This document shows, piece after piece, positions 1 to 10,013 of a DNA stretch of 64,000 nt. A model generated the notes under the pieces. The model searched no databases. It saw only the letters and a list, made by a program, of their open reading frames with translations, and was not told where the DNA came from. This DNA is from Chloroflexota bacterium. Its GTDB lineage: Bacteria > Chloroflexota > UBA11872 > VXNJ01. Each line of letters begins with the position of its first letter. Position 1 is the stretch's first letter. The stretch covers positions 992,001-1,056,000 of the forward strand of contig OZ253449.1 of NCBI GenBank assembly GCA_965261345.1, written 5' to 3'. Made by a program: the position numbers and the translations under genes.

Positions 1-50
1 TCCGTGCAGATCTTTTCAGCCACCTTCGGCAGCTAGGTCGCTCCGGGGCG

Positions 51-1442
51 ATGCACCCCCTCATCGATTCCAGCGATACCATCGCCGCCATTGCCACCGC
101 CCCGGGGCCGGGGGCGATCGGCGTCGTGCGAGCCTCGGGCCCGCGGGCCCTGGCCGCCGCCGCCCGGGTTTTTTCCAGCCTCCACGGTGAACCGATCATC
201 CACCGTCGGGTCGCTCTGGGTAATCTGATCGATCCCACCGACGGGGTGGTTTTCGACGAGGCCCTGCTCACGTTTTTTCAGGGACCTAATTCCTACACCC
301 GGCAGGACTTGATTGAGATCTCCTGTCACGGCGGGCCGGCCGCGGTAAACGCCTGCCTGCGCGCCCTGCTCACGGCCGGTTGCCGGATTGCTCAACCGGG
401 CGAATTCACCCTGCGGGCATTCATGAATGGGCGAATCGACCTGGCCCGCGCCGAAGCGGTTGCCGATATGGTTTCGGCCCCCAACGACCTCTCGCTCAAG
501 GCCGCACGGCTACAGCTTTCGGGCGCCCTTTCCGCGAGCGTTTCATCGGTGCGTGGCCGGCTGGTAGACCTCCGGGCCCAGCTCGAGGCCGAGATCGACT
601 TCGCCGAGGACGATGTACCGCCGATGCCCTCCGATCGGGTCGGGTCGGTGCTTGCCGACGCGCAAGCAACGATCGCGGCGGCCCTTACCGGATCGGGTGC
701 CGGGCAACTCCTGCGCAGCGGACTGCGGATCGCTCTGGTCGGGGCGCCCAATGCCGGCAAGTCCTCCACCCTAAACCAGCTGCTGGGGCGCGACCGGGCA
801 ATAGTTACCGCGGTACCCGGAACGACCCGTGACCTGCTTGAGGAATCCCTGCTGATTGACGGTTTGGCGGTGGTGCTGACCGATACCGCCGGGGTCCGGT
901 CCACCGATGACGCGATCGAGGTTGAGGGAATCGAACGCACCAAGCGAGCCCTTGCCGAGGCCGATCTGGCGTTGCTGATCGTCGATGCGGCAAAACCCCC
1001 CAGTCCCGCCGATCATGCGGCGGCGGATCTGATCGCCCAGACCGGCATTCCGGGCCTGGTGCTGCTTAACAAGTCCGATCTGGGGCTCTGCTGGCAGGAT
1101 GCCGACCGGGAACGGATCGGGATTACCCCGCAGGTTGCATTTTCAGCGGTGACCGGCCGCGGATCGGGCGCGCTGAAGACCGAGCTCTCCAGGCTCGTCG
1201 GCACCGGTCGTTTGCGGTCTAACAACCTTCCGCAGACCACCAACCTGAGGCACATCGAGGCCTTGGAGTTGGCGGCCGCCGAAGTGGCCGGGGCCCAGGG
1301 CGCGCTGGATCGGGGTCTGCCGGGCGATTTTGTCTGTATCGGTCTGGCCGGGGCGATATCGGCCCTTGGCCAGATAACCGGGCAGGACGCCGGGGAAGAC
1401 TTGCTGGATGCGATTTTTTCAAAATTCTGCATCGGAAAGTAG
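51..1442 (+). CDS. mnmE: tRNA uridine-5-carboxymethylaminomethyl(34) synthesis GTPase MnmE
   Basis: N-terminal DTIAAIATAPG..IGVVRASG, PGEFTLRAFMNGRIDL, G1 GAPNAGKSS, G2 GTTRD, G3 DTAG, G4 NKSD, C-terminal IFSKFCIGK. Confidence 0.97.
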   Translation: MHPLIDSSDTIAAIATAPGPGAIGVVRASGPRALAAAARVFSSLHGEPIIHRRVALGNLIDPTDGVVFDEALLTFFQGPNSYTRQDLIEISCHGGPAAVNACLRALLTAGCRIAQPGEFTLRAFMNGRIDLARAEAVADMVSAPNDLSLKAARLQLSGALSASVSSVRGRLVDLRAQLEAEIDFAEDDVPPMPSDRVGSVLADAQATIAAALTGSGAGQLLRSGLRIALVGAPNAGKSSTLNQLLGRDRAIVTAVPGTTRDLLEESLLIDGLAVVLTDTAGVRSTDDAIEVEGIERTKRALAEADLALLIVDAAKPPSPADHAAADLIAQTGIPGLVLLNKSDLGLCWQDADRERIGITPQVAFSAVTGRGSGALKTELSRLVGTGRLRSNNLPQTTNLRHIEALELAAAEVAGAQGALDRGLPGDFVCIGLAGAISALGQITGQDAGEDLLDAIFSKFCIGK

Positions 1443-1593
1443 GTCCCGTTGCCGCTTCCCGGACCGGCCGGCGGTGAAGCCAAACTGGGAGGTCGAACCC
1501 CAGGTCGGCAATCCACCTGCCCGCAATCGTGACCGAGCCGACAGCGGGTAGGGTCCGCAACGCAAACACTTGCTAATCGAAGGAGAAGTGGCA

Positions 1594-2757
1594 ATGAAGA
1601 TCTCCGATCTGCGGATCTGGGTGGTCCGACCGGATCCCGGCGGGCGAACCTTCGTGTTCTTCCGGATCGATACCGACGCGGGGGTTTCCGGGGTCGGTGA
1701 GGCCACCAGTTCCGGCGGGGGTGGGAGCATCGTGGTGGGACAGATGGCACGATTGCTGGCCAACTCGACACTCTCGGTCGACTTTAGGGATTCAATCCTG
1801 GGGCTCGACCCGCTAAACATCGAGCTGATCTGGCACCACCTGTACCGGCGGTTCACCGGCGGCGGCGGGTTCGGCGGGTTCGTAACGACCCTTCTTAGCG
1901 GAATCGACATCGCCCTCTGGGACATTAAGGGCAAGGTGGAAGATAAGCCGATATTCAGGCTGCAGGGCGGACCGATCTGGGACGAGATTCCGCTCTATAC
2001 CCACGTGCGCCCAGGAGATCCCGAACGGGCCGCCCGTCAGGCCGCCGAGTTGGCCAGGCAGGGGTTCTTAGCGCTCAAGACCGATCCGTTCCTCCCGGCG
2101 ATGGGCAAACATCACCGGCGCTACTTGCGGGGGGAAATCCCGGCGGCGGCCGAGGCCCGGGGCATCGAGACCATCGCCGCGATCCGCCAGGCGGTCGGGC
2201 CCGAGGTGGAAATACTTGTCGATGCCCACGGCAACTTCAACGTCCCAACCGCGATCCGTCTGGCCAAGGCACTTGAACCCTACAAGATCGGGTGGTTCGA
2301 GGAACCGGTCCAACCCAACAGCAACGACGCCCTGCGGGCGGTCCGCGATGCGGTGGATGTGCCCTTGTGTGTTGGTGAACGGCTCTACCACCGCTGGGAT
2401 TTCGTGCCAATCCTTAGGGACCGCCTCGCCCAATACCTGATGCCCGACGTACTCTGGTGCGGAGGAATTAGCGAGCTGCGCAAGATCGCCAATCTAGCCG
2501 AAGCGTTTTACGTTCCGGTAAGCCCGCATGGCGCGAGCGGGCCGATCAATATCCTCGCCGGCGCCCACGCGATGATGACCGTGCCAAATTTCTACAAACT
2601 CGAAATTGGAAATATTGAGCCCGACCACCACAACCGGTTCATCAACCACCCGCTCGACATTCGGGACGGAGTGCTTTACCTGTCGGAACGACCCGGGCTA
2701 GGCGTCGAGCTAGACGAGGGGTTCCTGGACGCCCATCCCGATCCTGATTGGCGCTAG
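1594..2757 (+). CDS. Mandelate racemase/muconate lactonizing (enolase superfamily) enzyme, acid-sugar dehydratase-like
   Basis: SGIDIALWDIKGK, metal ligands D(AH), E(EP), GE, then PH and KLE; AGGAG RBS before ATG 1594. Confidence 0.9.
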   Translation: MKISDLRIWVVRPDPGGRTFVFFRIDTDAGVSGVGEATSSGGGGSIVVGQMARLLANSTLSVDFRDSILGLDPLNIELIWHHLYRRFTGGGGFGGFVTTLLSGIDIALWDIKGKVEDKPIFRLQGGPIWDEIPLYTHVRPGDPERAARQAAELARQGFLALKTDPFLPAMGKHHRRYLRGEIPAAAEARGIETIAAIRQAVGPEVEILVDAHGNFNVPTAIRLAKALEPYKIGWFEEPVQPNSNDALRAVRDAVDVPLCVGERLYHRWDFVPILRDRLAQYLMPDVLWCGGISELRKIANLAEAFYVPVSPHGASGPINILAGAHAMMTVPNFYKLEIGNIEPDHHNRFINHPLDIRDGVLYLSERPGLGVELDEGFLDAHPDPDWR

Positions 2758-2817
2758 CGCGCTGGCGGGCGTCCGCCGCACGTCAAATTTCGATCCTGCC
2801 GCAAAGCGGCCGCGATA

Positions 2818-4794
2818 TCAGGGCGCCTCGCCGGCGGCGACCGGATGGTCCGGATCGGCGCCGGCCTTAATGGTCGCCGCATAGGCAATGAACATCCAAA
2901 CTGCGGCCGCCAGCGCCGGCTCGGAGTAGAAATTGTCAATCGCTCCGTGGACGAGCCCGGCCGCCAGCGCCGCCAGGATCGAAAAATCGACGACCCGCAG
3001 TGCACGGGGGCGCCCTTTGGCGTCGGCCAGCAATCGGCCCGCCGCACGGAAAATGAGCAGCGCCAACAGCAGCAGGCCAGCCAATCCAAACGAAAGCCAA
3101 GCATCAAGGATCAGGTTGTGGGGGTGGGCAAGATTGGGCTCGCGCCACATTGCCGGATCGACGTATTCGGGTAAGTGGTAGAGGAAATTGTCCGGTCCCA
3201 CCCCAAGTACCAAGTTGTCCTTGGCCATCAGCATTGCCGCCCTCCAGAGGCTCACCCGCACCGCGATTGACTCGCCGCCCCAACCGAGCATTGCCGCCCC
3301 TCCCAATACTCCGGCGAGGCCTCCTGCAGCCAGCAGCGGCCAGAACTTGCTGGGTCGCCAATGCGCCCACAGCGGGAACCTCCAGTCCAGGGTGGCTAAT
3401 CCCGCCGTCGCGCCGATCAGTCCACCCCGCGAAAGAGTGGCGGCCAGGGTCAGGGCCACTAACGCAGTGGCGACGGCCAGGGCTCGCCGCCGCCAGGTGA
3501 CAGTTGTGATGATAAAGGCCGCAACCAGGATCGGTAACCCGCGTTCAAGTACGAAAGCCAGGGAATTGGGCGAGCTCCAAATCCCCTGCAGTCGTCGCAC
3601 TGACGACCCGGCCAACAGGTCCAAACCCCCATCGACCAGGGCATGAAGACCCGCGATCGCCGCGGCCGCGGCGATCGCCCAGGCCAGCATCACCCTGCGG
3701 CGACCGCTTATGTAGGTCGACAACAAAATAAACATCCAAACCGGTTCGGCCACCAGCAGCCGAAAACCACGCCAAGCAAGCCGCGAATATTCGGCCGTCG
3801 CCGTGGCAACAATCGCCGCCGCTACGAAAAGGGCGACCGCCGCCAGCCAGCCTTTGGGGATGCCCAATTCAATCCGATCCAACCAGGCCGCCCGCAAAGC
3901 CCAGGCACCGGTTAGCGCCAGCAGGCCGAGTTCGCCGGGATTGAGTTGCAGGGTTGCAAGCGGCGCCGCCGACGGCGCCAGCAGAAAACCGGCGGCCGCG
4001 ACCGTTGCCAGGGCCCAGGGCGCCAGAGCCCCGACGGCAGCCAACGCCACCAACCCACCCAGGCGAACCCAAAGTAGCGGATCACCGGTTCCCTGGCTGG
4101 GCATCGTCGCAATTAGCGCCAGCAGAATCGCCGTTACCAATAACGCCCGCCAGTCGTCTAAACGCCAGCGATCAATAAACCCGCGCCAACCAAGCGCCCC
4201 GACCAAATAACCCAGCGGGGCGAGCACCGTCAACGCGATCCCGGCCGCCAATCCAGCAAGCCCTAGCCCTTGCGGCCAGCGCGGCGGTTCATCTCCGGCC
4301 AGGGCGGCGCCCAACCGGACCAACTGACCGATCGACGCGTCGTTTCCCCGTCCGGCCACCTCCAGGGTCAGGGTGTGTGGCCCGTCGGGCAGCGATGATG
4401 CGATCGGGATGGTCACAAATCCGGGCGACGGGTCGTACAGATCGATACGGGTTTGGCCGCTTGGCAATTTATCGGCTAAATCTGCGCGCGCGTCGGACCC
4501 GTCGATCCACACCCGGAGATATCCTCCGCTGGGGCCGCGATAGGTTGCCAGATCAATGCGGCTGCCCTCAAAACGCAGTTCGGCTCGGGCGCCGGCCTGG
4601 CCGCTGTAACGGAACTGACCATCGCCGGCGGCGGCGGTTGCCCAAGGGCCGGAAAAAGACCATCCGGGCCCGGCGACAGGGAGTCCGTAAAGTGCGTTGG
4701 CGCGCGGTGCGATCGTCTCCCGCCAGGTAAATAGATAGGCGAATGCGACTATTACCGCCAACACCCCCAGTGCTGCCAGCAAGGCAGACCGCAC
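2818..4794 (-). CDS. O-antigen ligase/oligosaccharyltransferase-family membrane protein with an N-terminal extracytoplasmic jelly-roll domain
   Basis: RLQGIWSSPNSLA, TLSRGG, R..LWRAA..M..D..LGVGPDNF and HPHNLILD Wzy_C motifs; many TM segments; GTG start inferred. Confidence 0.82.
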   Translation of the reverse strand: MRSALLAALGVLAVIVAFAYLFTWRETIAPRANALYGLPVAGPGWSFSGPWATAAAGDGQFRYSGQAGARAELRFEGSRIDLATYRGPSGGYLRVWIDGSDARADLADKLPSGQTRIDLYDPSPGFVTIPIASSLPDGPHTLTLEVAGRGNDASIGQLVRLGAALAGDEPPRWPQGLGLAGLAAGIALTVLAPLGYLVGALGWRGFIDRWRLDDWRALLVTAILLALIATMPSQGTGDPLLWVRLGGLVALAAVGALAPWALATVAAAGFLLAPSAAPLATLQLNPGELGLLALTGAWALRAAWLDRIELGIPKGWLAAVALFVAAAIVATATAEYSRLAWRGFRLLVAEPVWMFILLSTYISGRRRVMLAWAIAAAAAIAGLHALVDGGLDLLAGSSVRRLQGIWSSPNSLAFVLERGLPILVAAFIITTVTWRRRALAVATALVALTLAATLSRGGLIGATAGLATLDWRFPLWAHWRPSKFWPLLAAGGLAGVLGGAAMLGWGGESIAVRVSLWRAAMLMAKDNLVLGVGPDNFLYHLPEYVDPAMWREPNLAHPHNLILDAWLSFGLAGLLLLALLIFRAAGRLLADAKGRPRALRVVDFSILAALAAGLVHGAIDNFYSEPALAAAVWMFIAYAATIKAGADPDHPVAAGEAP

Positions 4795-4835
4795 CGGCGA
4801 GGGAGTAGGGGCGGCAAAGGGACGGTTAGCGGACG

Positions 4836-5693
4836 TTAGAGGCCGATCTGGGCGGAGAGATATTCCAGGCTGGCCCCGACCGCGATTGCCGGGTCCAGCG
4901 GCGAGTAGTCCTGCTCGATGACCAGCCACCCGTCATAGTCGTTTTCGCCGAGCATGGCTACGATCTCACCGATCGGACATTCGCCCTGCCCCAACGGAGT
5001 GAAAACCCCGTCCCGGGTCGCCTGCCGAAAACTGGCACCGGCGTCAAGCGAATCCTCCAGTATCTGGGCATCTACGTCCTTGAGGTGAACGTATTCGATT
5101 CGGTCCAAATTGCCTTTAAAAAACGAAATCGGATCGATCCCACTGTAGAGGAGTTGTCCGGTATCGGGAGCCAATGCGACGGTTTGCGGATCGGTGCGGG
5201 CGATCAGCAGATCGCATTCCTCCTCGGTTTCAACGTAGGTGCCGGCGTGGGGGTGGAATGCCAGGCGCAATCCGAATTCGTGGGCCAGCATTTCTCCGGC
5301 CAGCGAGAGGCCTTCACCAAGGAAGCCCCATTGCCAATCCGACAGTCCGTCGGCGCGGCCTTCGGGGAAATGCCCGGCGGTCGCGAAGCGGTGGGGAGAA
5401 CCCGATTGGGCCGCGACGACGAATTCGGCCTCGCAGTCAGCGTAACGCTCGCCAATCTGGCGCAGGCCGTCAAACTCGCGATCGCGCCAGGCCGAATCGA
5501 ACCAGTTGGCGGCATAATATCCGCCGCTTAACCTCATTCCAGCATCGGCGAGCAGCCGTGCGAACAAGTTGGCCCGGTTTGAGTATTCGCGCATTCCCTC
5601 GACCCCGGCAAATCCAAGCTCGGCGAGGATCTCAACGATTTCCGTGTAGGGAGCCTCGCGCGGCCAAAGCATGGGGTTCACGGCAATTTGCAA
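4836..5693 (-). CDS. Sugar phosphate isomerase/epimerase TIM barrel (IolE/inosose dehydratase-like)
   Basis: FHPHAGTYVET, DTGQL, YVHLKD, FTPLGQG, WLVIEQD. Confidence 0.88.
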   Translation of the reverse strand: MQIAVNPMLWPREAPYTEIVEILAELGFAGVEGMREYSNRANLFARLLADAGMRLSGGYYAANWFDSAWRDREFDGLRQIGERYADCEAEFVVAAQSGSPHRFATAGHFPEGRADGLSDWQWGFLGEGLSLAGEMLAHEFGLRLAFHPHAGTYVETEEECDLLIARTDPQTVALAPDTGQLLYSGIDPISFFKGNLDRIEYVHLKDVDAQILEDSLDAGASFRQATRDGVFTPLGQGECPIGEIVAMLGENDYDGWLVIEQDYSPLDPAIAVGASLEYLSAQIGL

Positions 5694-5721
5694 GGGGGGA
5701 TCCGCCGCTAAAGACTAGATC

Positions 5722-5880
5722 TCAAGAGATAAAAGCGGGCAGCAACAGGCCGATTACCATCGTCAACGCCACCAGCAGGCTTATGCCATACCAGACGACC
5801 TTGATGTTTAGTACCCGGCGGCGGAGGCGGCGGAGCCGCAACCACTTGGGCGGTTGGTTACCAACTTGTTTTGAGGCCAT
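5722..5880 (-). CDS. Small single-pass membrane protein (52 aa)
   Basis: Basic N-terminus then a hydrophobic helix (VVWYGISLLVALTMVIGLLLPAFI); tightly packed between nhaA and the isomerase gene. Confidence 0.6.
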   Translation of the reverse strand: MASKQVGNQPPKWLRLRRLRRRVLNIKVVWYGISLLVALTMVIGLLLPAFIS

Positions 5881-5890
5881 CGGTTCCCGA

Positions 5891-7288
5891 TCAGCTGGGA
5901 GAGGAAGACTGCGCGTAGCCGCCGGATTCGGCAACCGCGAGCGGGCGCTGCCGTTTGGGGGTCATCGATAACAACAAAAATCCAGCTGCCCCGGACACCA
6001 ACGACCCACCCAATATTCCCAGCTTGGCGATTTCGAGCAGGGCGGGCTCGGTGAACGCCAGCTGGGCGATAAAAAGCGACATCGTAAACCCGATTCCAGC
6101 CAAGAGCCCGATTCCGGCGAACTGTCGCCAGGCAACTCCGTAGGGAGCGGTTGCCAATCCCGATTTGATCGCCGCCAGCGAACCGATCAGGATCCCTGCC
6201 GGCTTACCCAGAATCAATCCCAGTGCGATCCCTAATGGAATGGAACCCAGTCCTCCACCCGTGGGGAGGACCAATTCAACCCCGGCATTGGCAAACGCAA
6301 ACGCCGGCACGATCATATAGGTGCTCCAAGGATGGTAGGCGTGTTCGAGCTTTTGCAAGGGTGTGCGCGATTCCTCTACGGCATGCTCGAGTTTTTGCAG
6401 GGATTGTTGCTGATCCCGACTGGTCAACACCGAGCGCCCCATCTTTGTTTCGCGCTCAAATACGCGCAGCGCATCGCGCGCCCCGGCCAGGAAGCTGTCG
6501 GGGGCGATACGGATGCTCGACGGGATCGTCATCGCCGCCAGCACCCCGGCCACGGTGGCGTGGACCCCGGATAGTTCGAGCGCGTACCACATTGGAATCG
6601 CCAAAAGTAGATAGGCCAGACCCAGGCGAATGTTTAAGAACCAGAGCACCCACATCATCGCCCAAAAAAGCGTCGCCCACCCGAGCGCGGCCAGATCAAA
6701 ATCCGCCGTGTAAAAGACCGCGATGACCAAGACCGCACCGAGGTCGTCGACGATCGCTACGGCGACCAGAAACACCTTAAGCGAGGACGGTACGCGCCGC
6801 CCCAAGACGGCCAGAATCCCAACCGCGAAGGCTATGTCGGTCGCCATCGGTATGCCCCAACCGGCAGATCCGGGCCCTTCGGCGTTGAGTCCGGCATAAA
6901 TCAACGCCGGAACCAGCATCCCGCCGATCGCGGCCGCGATCGGCAACATCGCCCGCCTTGGACTACGCAGTTCGCCTACCGCGAATTCGCGCTTGATTTC
7001 AAGGCCCACGACAAAGAAGAAGATTGCCATCAGGCCGTCGTTGATCCAAAAGTGCAGCGGCTCGGAAAATCCGAACTGGCCCACCATGATCCCGATTTCG
7101 GTTTCCAGGATCTCAAAGTAGGAGTGCGCCCATCGCGAGTTGGCCCAGATAAGGGCGATCAACGCGGCGATCACCAGCAAAATCCCGCCGGATGCCTCAC
7201 GCCGGGCGAAGCGATAGAAGGAGCCGGCAACACGGTCTATCGCGACCGGCCGGATGGCGGGCTGGAGGCCCGAAACGAAGCGTCTCAC
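5891..7288 (-). CDS. nhaA: Na+/H+ antiporter NhaA
   Basis: WINDGLMAIFFFVVGLEIKRE, GWGIPMATDIAFA, AIVDDLGA, GIGFTMSLFI; GTG start inferred. Confidence 0.96.
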   Translation of the reverse strand: MRRFVSGLQPAIRPVAIDRVAGSFYRFARREASGGILLVIAALIALIWANSRWAHSYFEILETEIGIMVGQFGFSEPLHFWINDGLMAIFFFVVGLEIKREFAVGELRSPRRAMLPIAAAIGGMLVPALIYAGLNAEGPGSAGWGIPMATDIAFAVGILAVLGRRVPSSLKVFLVAVAIVDDLGAVLVIAVFYTADFDLAALGWATLFWAMMWVLWFLNIRLGLAYLLLAIPMWYALELSGVHATVAGVLAAMTIPSSIRIAPDSFLAGARDALRVFERETKMGRSVLTSRDQQQSLQKLEHAVEESRTPLQKLEHAYHPWSTYMIVPAFAFANAGVELVLPTGGGLGSIPLGIALGLILGKPAGILIGSLAAIKSGLATAPYGVAWRQFAGIGLLAGIGFTMSLFIAQLAFTEPALLEIAKLGILGGSLVSGAAGFLLLSMTPKRQRPLAVAESGGYAQSSSPS

Positions 7289-7445
7289 CGCTTGGGTTCG
7301 CCCACGATTGCGAGGTCGATCGCGGCGAAACGGATCACGAATGATGGAACAGGCATTTGTGCCCATTTTCCCAAAGCGCAGCGCACCGTCATAATCGGGA
7401 CGCACTCAGCTTGCAAAATTCAGTCAAAGGGATCGATTTTCCCAA

Positions 7446-8354
7446 GTGGCCCAATCGGTTGAAACCACGCGATTCGGACCGCGTAAACCGCCCTGGCTCA
7501 AGGTGCGACTGCCGCTTCCTTCGCAGAGTGAACCACTGCTTAAGACTGTACGCCGCTACGGACTCGAAACCGTATGCCGCGAAGCCCGCTGTCCCAACGC
7601 TATGGATTGTCACGCCCGGGGAACTGCCACATTCATGATCCTGGGTTCGATCTGCACACGTGCCTGCCGATTTTGCGCGGTCACATCGGGCCGACCCGAA
7701 CCGGTCGACCCTCTCGAACCCGCCCGCCTGGCCCTGGCGGTGGCCGAGCTGGGCTTAAAACACTGCGTTATCACCTCGGTTGACCGAGACGATTTAAACG
7801 ACTTCGGGGCCGAGCATTTTGCATCCTGCATCCGGGCCGTCCGCCGCGCCTGCCCTGAAACCAAGATCGAGGTGCTAACCCCGGACTTTCAGGGTAGACC
7901 CGAATCTATCGCTGTGGTCGTAGATGCCCGGCCGGACGTCTACAACCACAACCTGGAGACCGTGCCGCGGCTCTCGCCGCGAATTCGCCCGCGCGCCAAA
8001 TACGAGGTTTCACTGGATCTGCTGGAAGAGGTAAAGCGCCTTGACCCGCAGATGACGACGAAGTCCGGGATCATGGTCGGATTGGGCGAGAAGACCGATG
8101 AGGTTGCCGCGGTAATGGCTGATATGCGGGCTCACCAAATCGACATCCTCACGATAGGTCAGTACCTTAGGCCCTCTCCGGCACACGCCCCAGTCGAACG
8201 TTATGTGCACCCCGATGAATTCGACGCCTGGTCCGTGCTGGGGAAGCGCCTGGGGTTTCGGCACGCATTCTGTGGCCCGTTGGTGCGAAGTTCGTTTCAC
8301 GCTGGCGAGGTTTACCAGCAGGCCGGCGGCGGGCAATCCGGGCCGGTGCACTAG
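7446..8354 (+). CDS. lipA: Lipoyl synthase
   Basis: KPPWLKV, CREARCPNAMDC auxiliary cluster, CTRACRFC radical SAM motif, VRSSF. Confidence 0.97.
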   Translation: MAQSVETTRFGPRKPPWLKVRLPLPSQSEPLLKTVRRYGLETVCREARCPNAMDCHARGTATFMILGSICTRACRFCAVTSGRPEPVDPLEPARLALAVAELGLKHCVITSVDRDDLNDFGAEHFASCIRAVRRACPETKIEVLTPDFQGRPESIAVVVDARPDVYNHNLETVPRLSPRIRPRAKYEVSLDLLEEVKRLDPQMTTKSGIMVGLGEKTDEVAAVMADMRAHQIDILTIGQYLRPSPAHAPVERYVHPDEFDAWSVLGKRLGFRHAFCGPLVRSSFHAGEVYQQAGGGQSGPVH

Positions 8355-8392
8355 CCCCGACCCGACAACATCGGCCCAGACCGACGGGATTG

Positions 8393-9388
8393 TTAAACGA
8401 CGAACTCGCGCACCGGTCGCGATTGGCGTTTCCCCAACGGCACCGGCGTTTCGATCATGATCGATTCGTTCTCAGGCAGCGGAGTTTGACCCAATTGTTT
8501 GCCGATTGTTACCACGCTCTTTAACCCTTTAAGTTTTTCGGCGCCAGCCAGCGCGGTGGCATCGCCGCCGAAATATTCAAACCAGGGCAGGCCGGCATCG
8601 GCGTAGTGTCGGGCGGTCGGCGGGTGGGTTGGAGGCCGCTCCCCGGTAATTGCCCGCCATTGGGCGGAATTGGCAACGGTGATAAAGCAGCGACTGGCGC
8701 GGCGCTGGTCCCAGGCATCCAGGCCGTACTCGTCGTCGTAGATTTCCTGGCGCATCCGCCCGCCGGGGGCCATTCCCATCTCGCCAATCGGCGCCGCGTA
8801 CACGGCCATATCCGGCAATGCTTGGTGGACAAGGTGTTCGCCGAACAACTCCTCGTAACGCTCGCGTTTCATAGGGTAGGCAACGATCTGTAAACCGCCG
8901 TTTTCGGCCTTGCCGGTCAACTGCTCCTCAGCTGAATAACCGGACCCCAGCGGCATTGCCACGAACTGGCGGATTACGCCTTTTTCAACGCAGTAGCCAT
9001 CAAGCCAGGGCTGATCGGGCACTACCACGTAGTCCTGCGGATCACGATTTAGGTGATCGGCCCATTGATCTCCGGAGACTGCGCAGATCTTGCCAGTGGC
9101 GATCTTGACGGCGAAAGGATAGTCGCCGGGCGATGAGAAATTTATCCACATCGCCTCGGCCTGATGCATCGGCATGACAACCCCACCGCGCCGGACCCAG
9201 GACCGCGGCAACCGTTGCCCGTAGTCGTCAAGGTGCCGCAATGGAAAGCTCCCCAGGCCGGGCGGCAGATAGTGATCCTCCCCATCATCGGGGATGCGCA
9301 GGGTGCGCTGAAATTCGATTGAACAGGACGCCTGTTCATGCACATCGGGGTAGCTTAATGTCAGCTCGTTATTTCTCAGGGTGATCAT
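8393..9388 (-). CDS. Conserved hypothetical protein (FQRTLRIPDD / PWLDG / QFVAMPLG family)
   Basis: 331-aa ORF with GGAGAA RBS, directly downstream of an XRE regulator; motif-rich soluble protein of unknown function. Confidence 0.8.
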   Translation of the reverse strand: MITLRNNELTLSYPDVHEQASCSIEFQRTLRIPDDGEDHYLPPGLGSFPLRHLDDYGQRLPRSWVRRGGVVMPMHQAEAMWINFSSPGDYPFAVKIATGKICAVSGDQWADHLNRDPQDYVVVPDQPWLDGYCVEKGVIRQFVAMPLGSGYSAEEQLTGKAENGGLQIVAYPMKRERYEELFGEHLVHQALPDMAVYAAPIGEMGMAPGGRMRQEIYDDEYGLDAWDQRRASRCFITVANSAQWRAITGERPPTHPPTARHYADAGLPWFEYFGGDATALAGAEKLKGLKSVVTIGKQLGQTPLPENESIMIETPVPLGKRQSRPVREFVV

Positions 9389-9407
9389 CGTCGGTTCTCC
9401 TTGTCGA

Positions 9408-9761
9408 TTACCAATCGCCTTCACGCACCTGGCGCACCACCCGCAGGATGGCGTGATCGGGGGCGGCCTTCAGTTCACGGATCAGATCCGCGAACAACCT
9501 GGGGCGGCGGCGGATGATTTGCTGCAGCTCCGCCGAGACTTTGCCGGCCAGCGCCAGATATACGTCCGGATCTGCGCCCAGTTCGTCGGCCAACCGCAGG
9601 GCCGTAGCCTCCGACGGGGGAGGAACTTCGCCGCGCTCGATCTTGCTAAGGTAAGCGGGTTCGATTCCGACCCGGATTGCCACTTGCCGCAACGAATAGC
9701 GCCGGTCCTGGCTGCGCAGGGTCTCGCGCAACTCGCGGGTGGTTTGTCCAAAGTGCGTCAT
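9408..9761 (-). CDS. XRE-family HTH transcriptional regulator
   Basis: YSLRQVAIRVGIEPAYLSKIERGEVPPPSE HTH_3 signature. Confidence 0.9.
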   Translation of the reverse strand: MTHFGQTTRELRETLRSQDRRYSLRQVAIRVGIEPAYLSKIERGEVPPPSEATALRLADELGADPDVYLALAGKVSAELQQIIRRRPRLFADLIRELKAAPDHAILRVVRQVREGDW

Positions 9762-9790
9762 ATGTCATATATAGTACACATTTTTAAACG
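9762..9790 (-). promoter_or_regulatory. AT-rich promoter/operator for a near-leaderless XRE transcript
   Basis: TACTAT (-10-like, 9776-9771) lies 9 nt before the ATG; no SD; TATGAC direct repeat over the start. Confidence 0.45.
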
Positions 9791-10013
9791 AGTCGCGGAG
9801 TCCTCCCGGGCGGCATTCGCTCCGATTTCCCTTTGCCGATCGCTGGCCGGCGACAAATACCGTCAAACAATGCCACGAGCGCTGTTGCGGCAACCTGAGG
9901 CCGTCCCGGAAAAAACTCCAGGCAAAAATCGGCCCGCAAACTTAAGCTAGTTGAAGGCGGGGCGAATGGTCCTGTCCTGTAGGGCCTCAAAGCATGAGAG
10001 CAAAAGGCGGCCG

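Noticed and set aside
1443-1590. Possible pseudoknot/riboswitch upstream of the enolase-family gene (GTCGGC/GCCGAC and CCTGCCCGC/GCGGGTAGG)
   Set aside because: Short GC-rich pairings are expected by chance and I recognise no riboswitch or SRP consensus; cmscan would decide.
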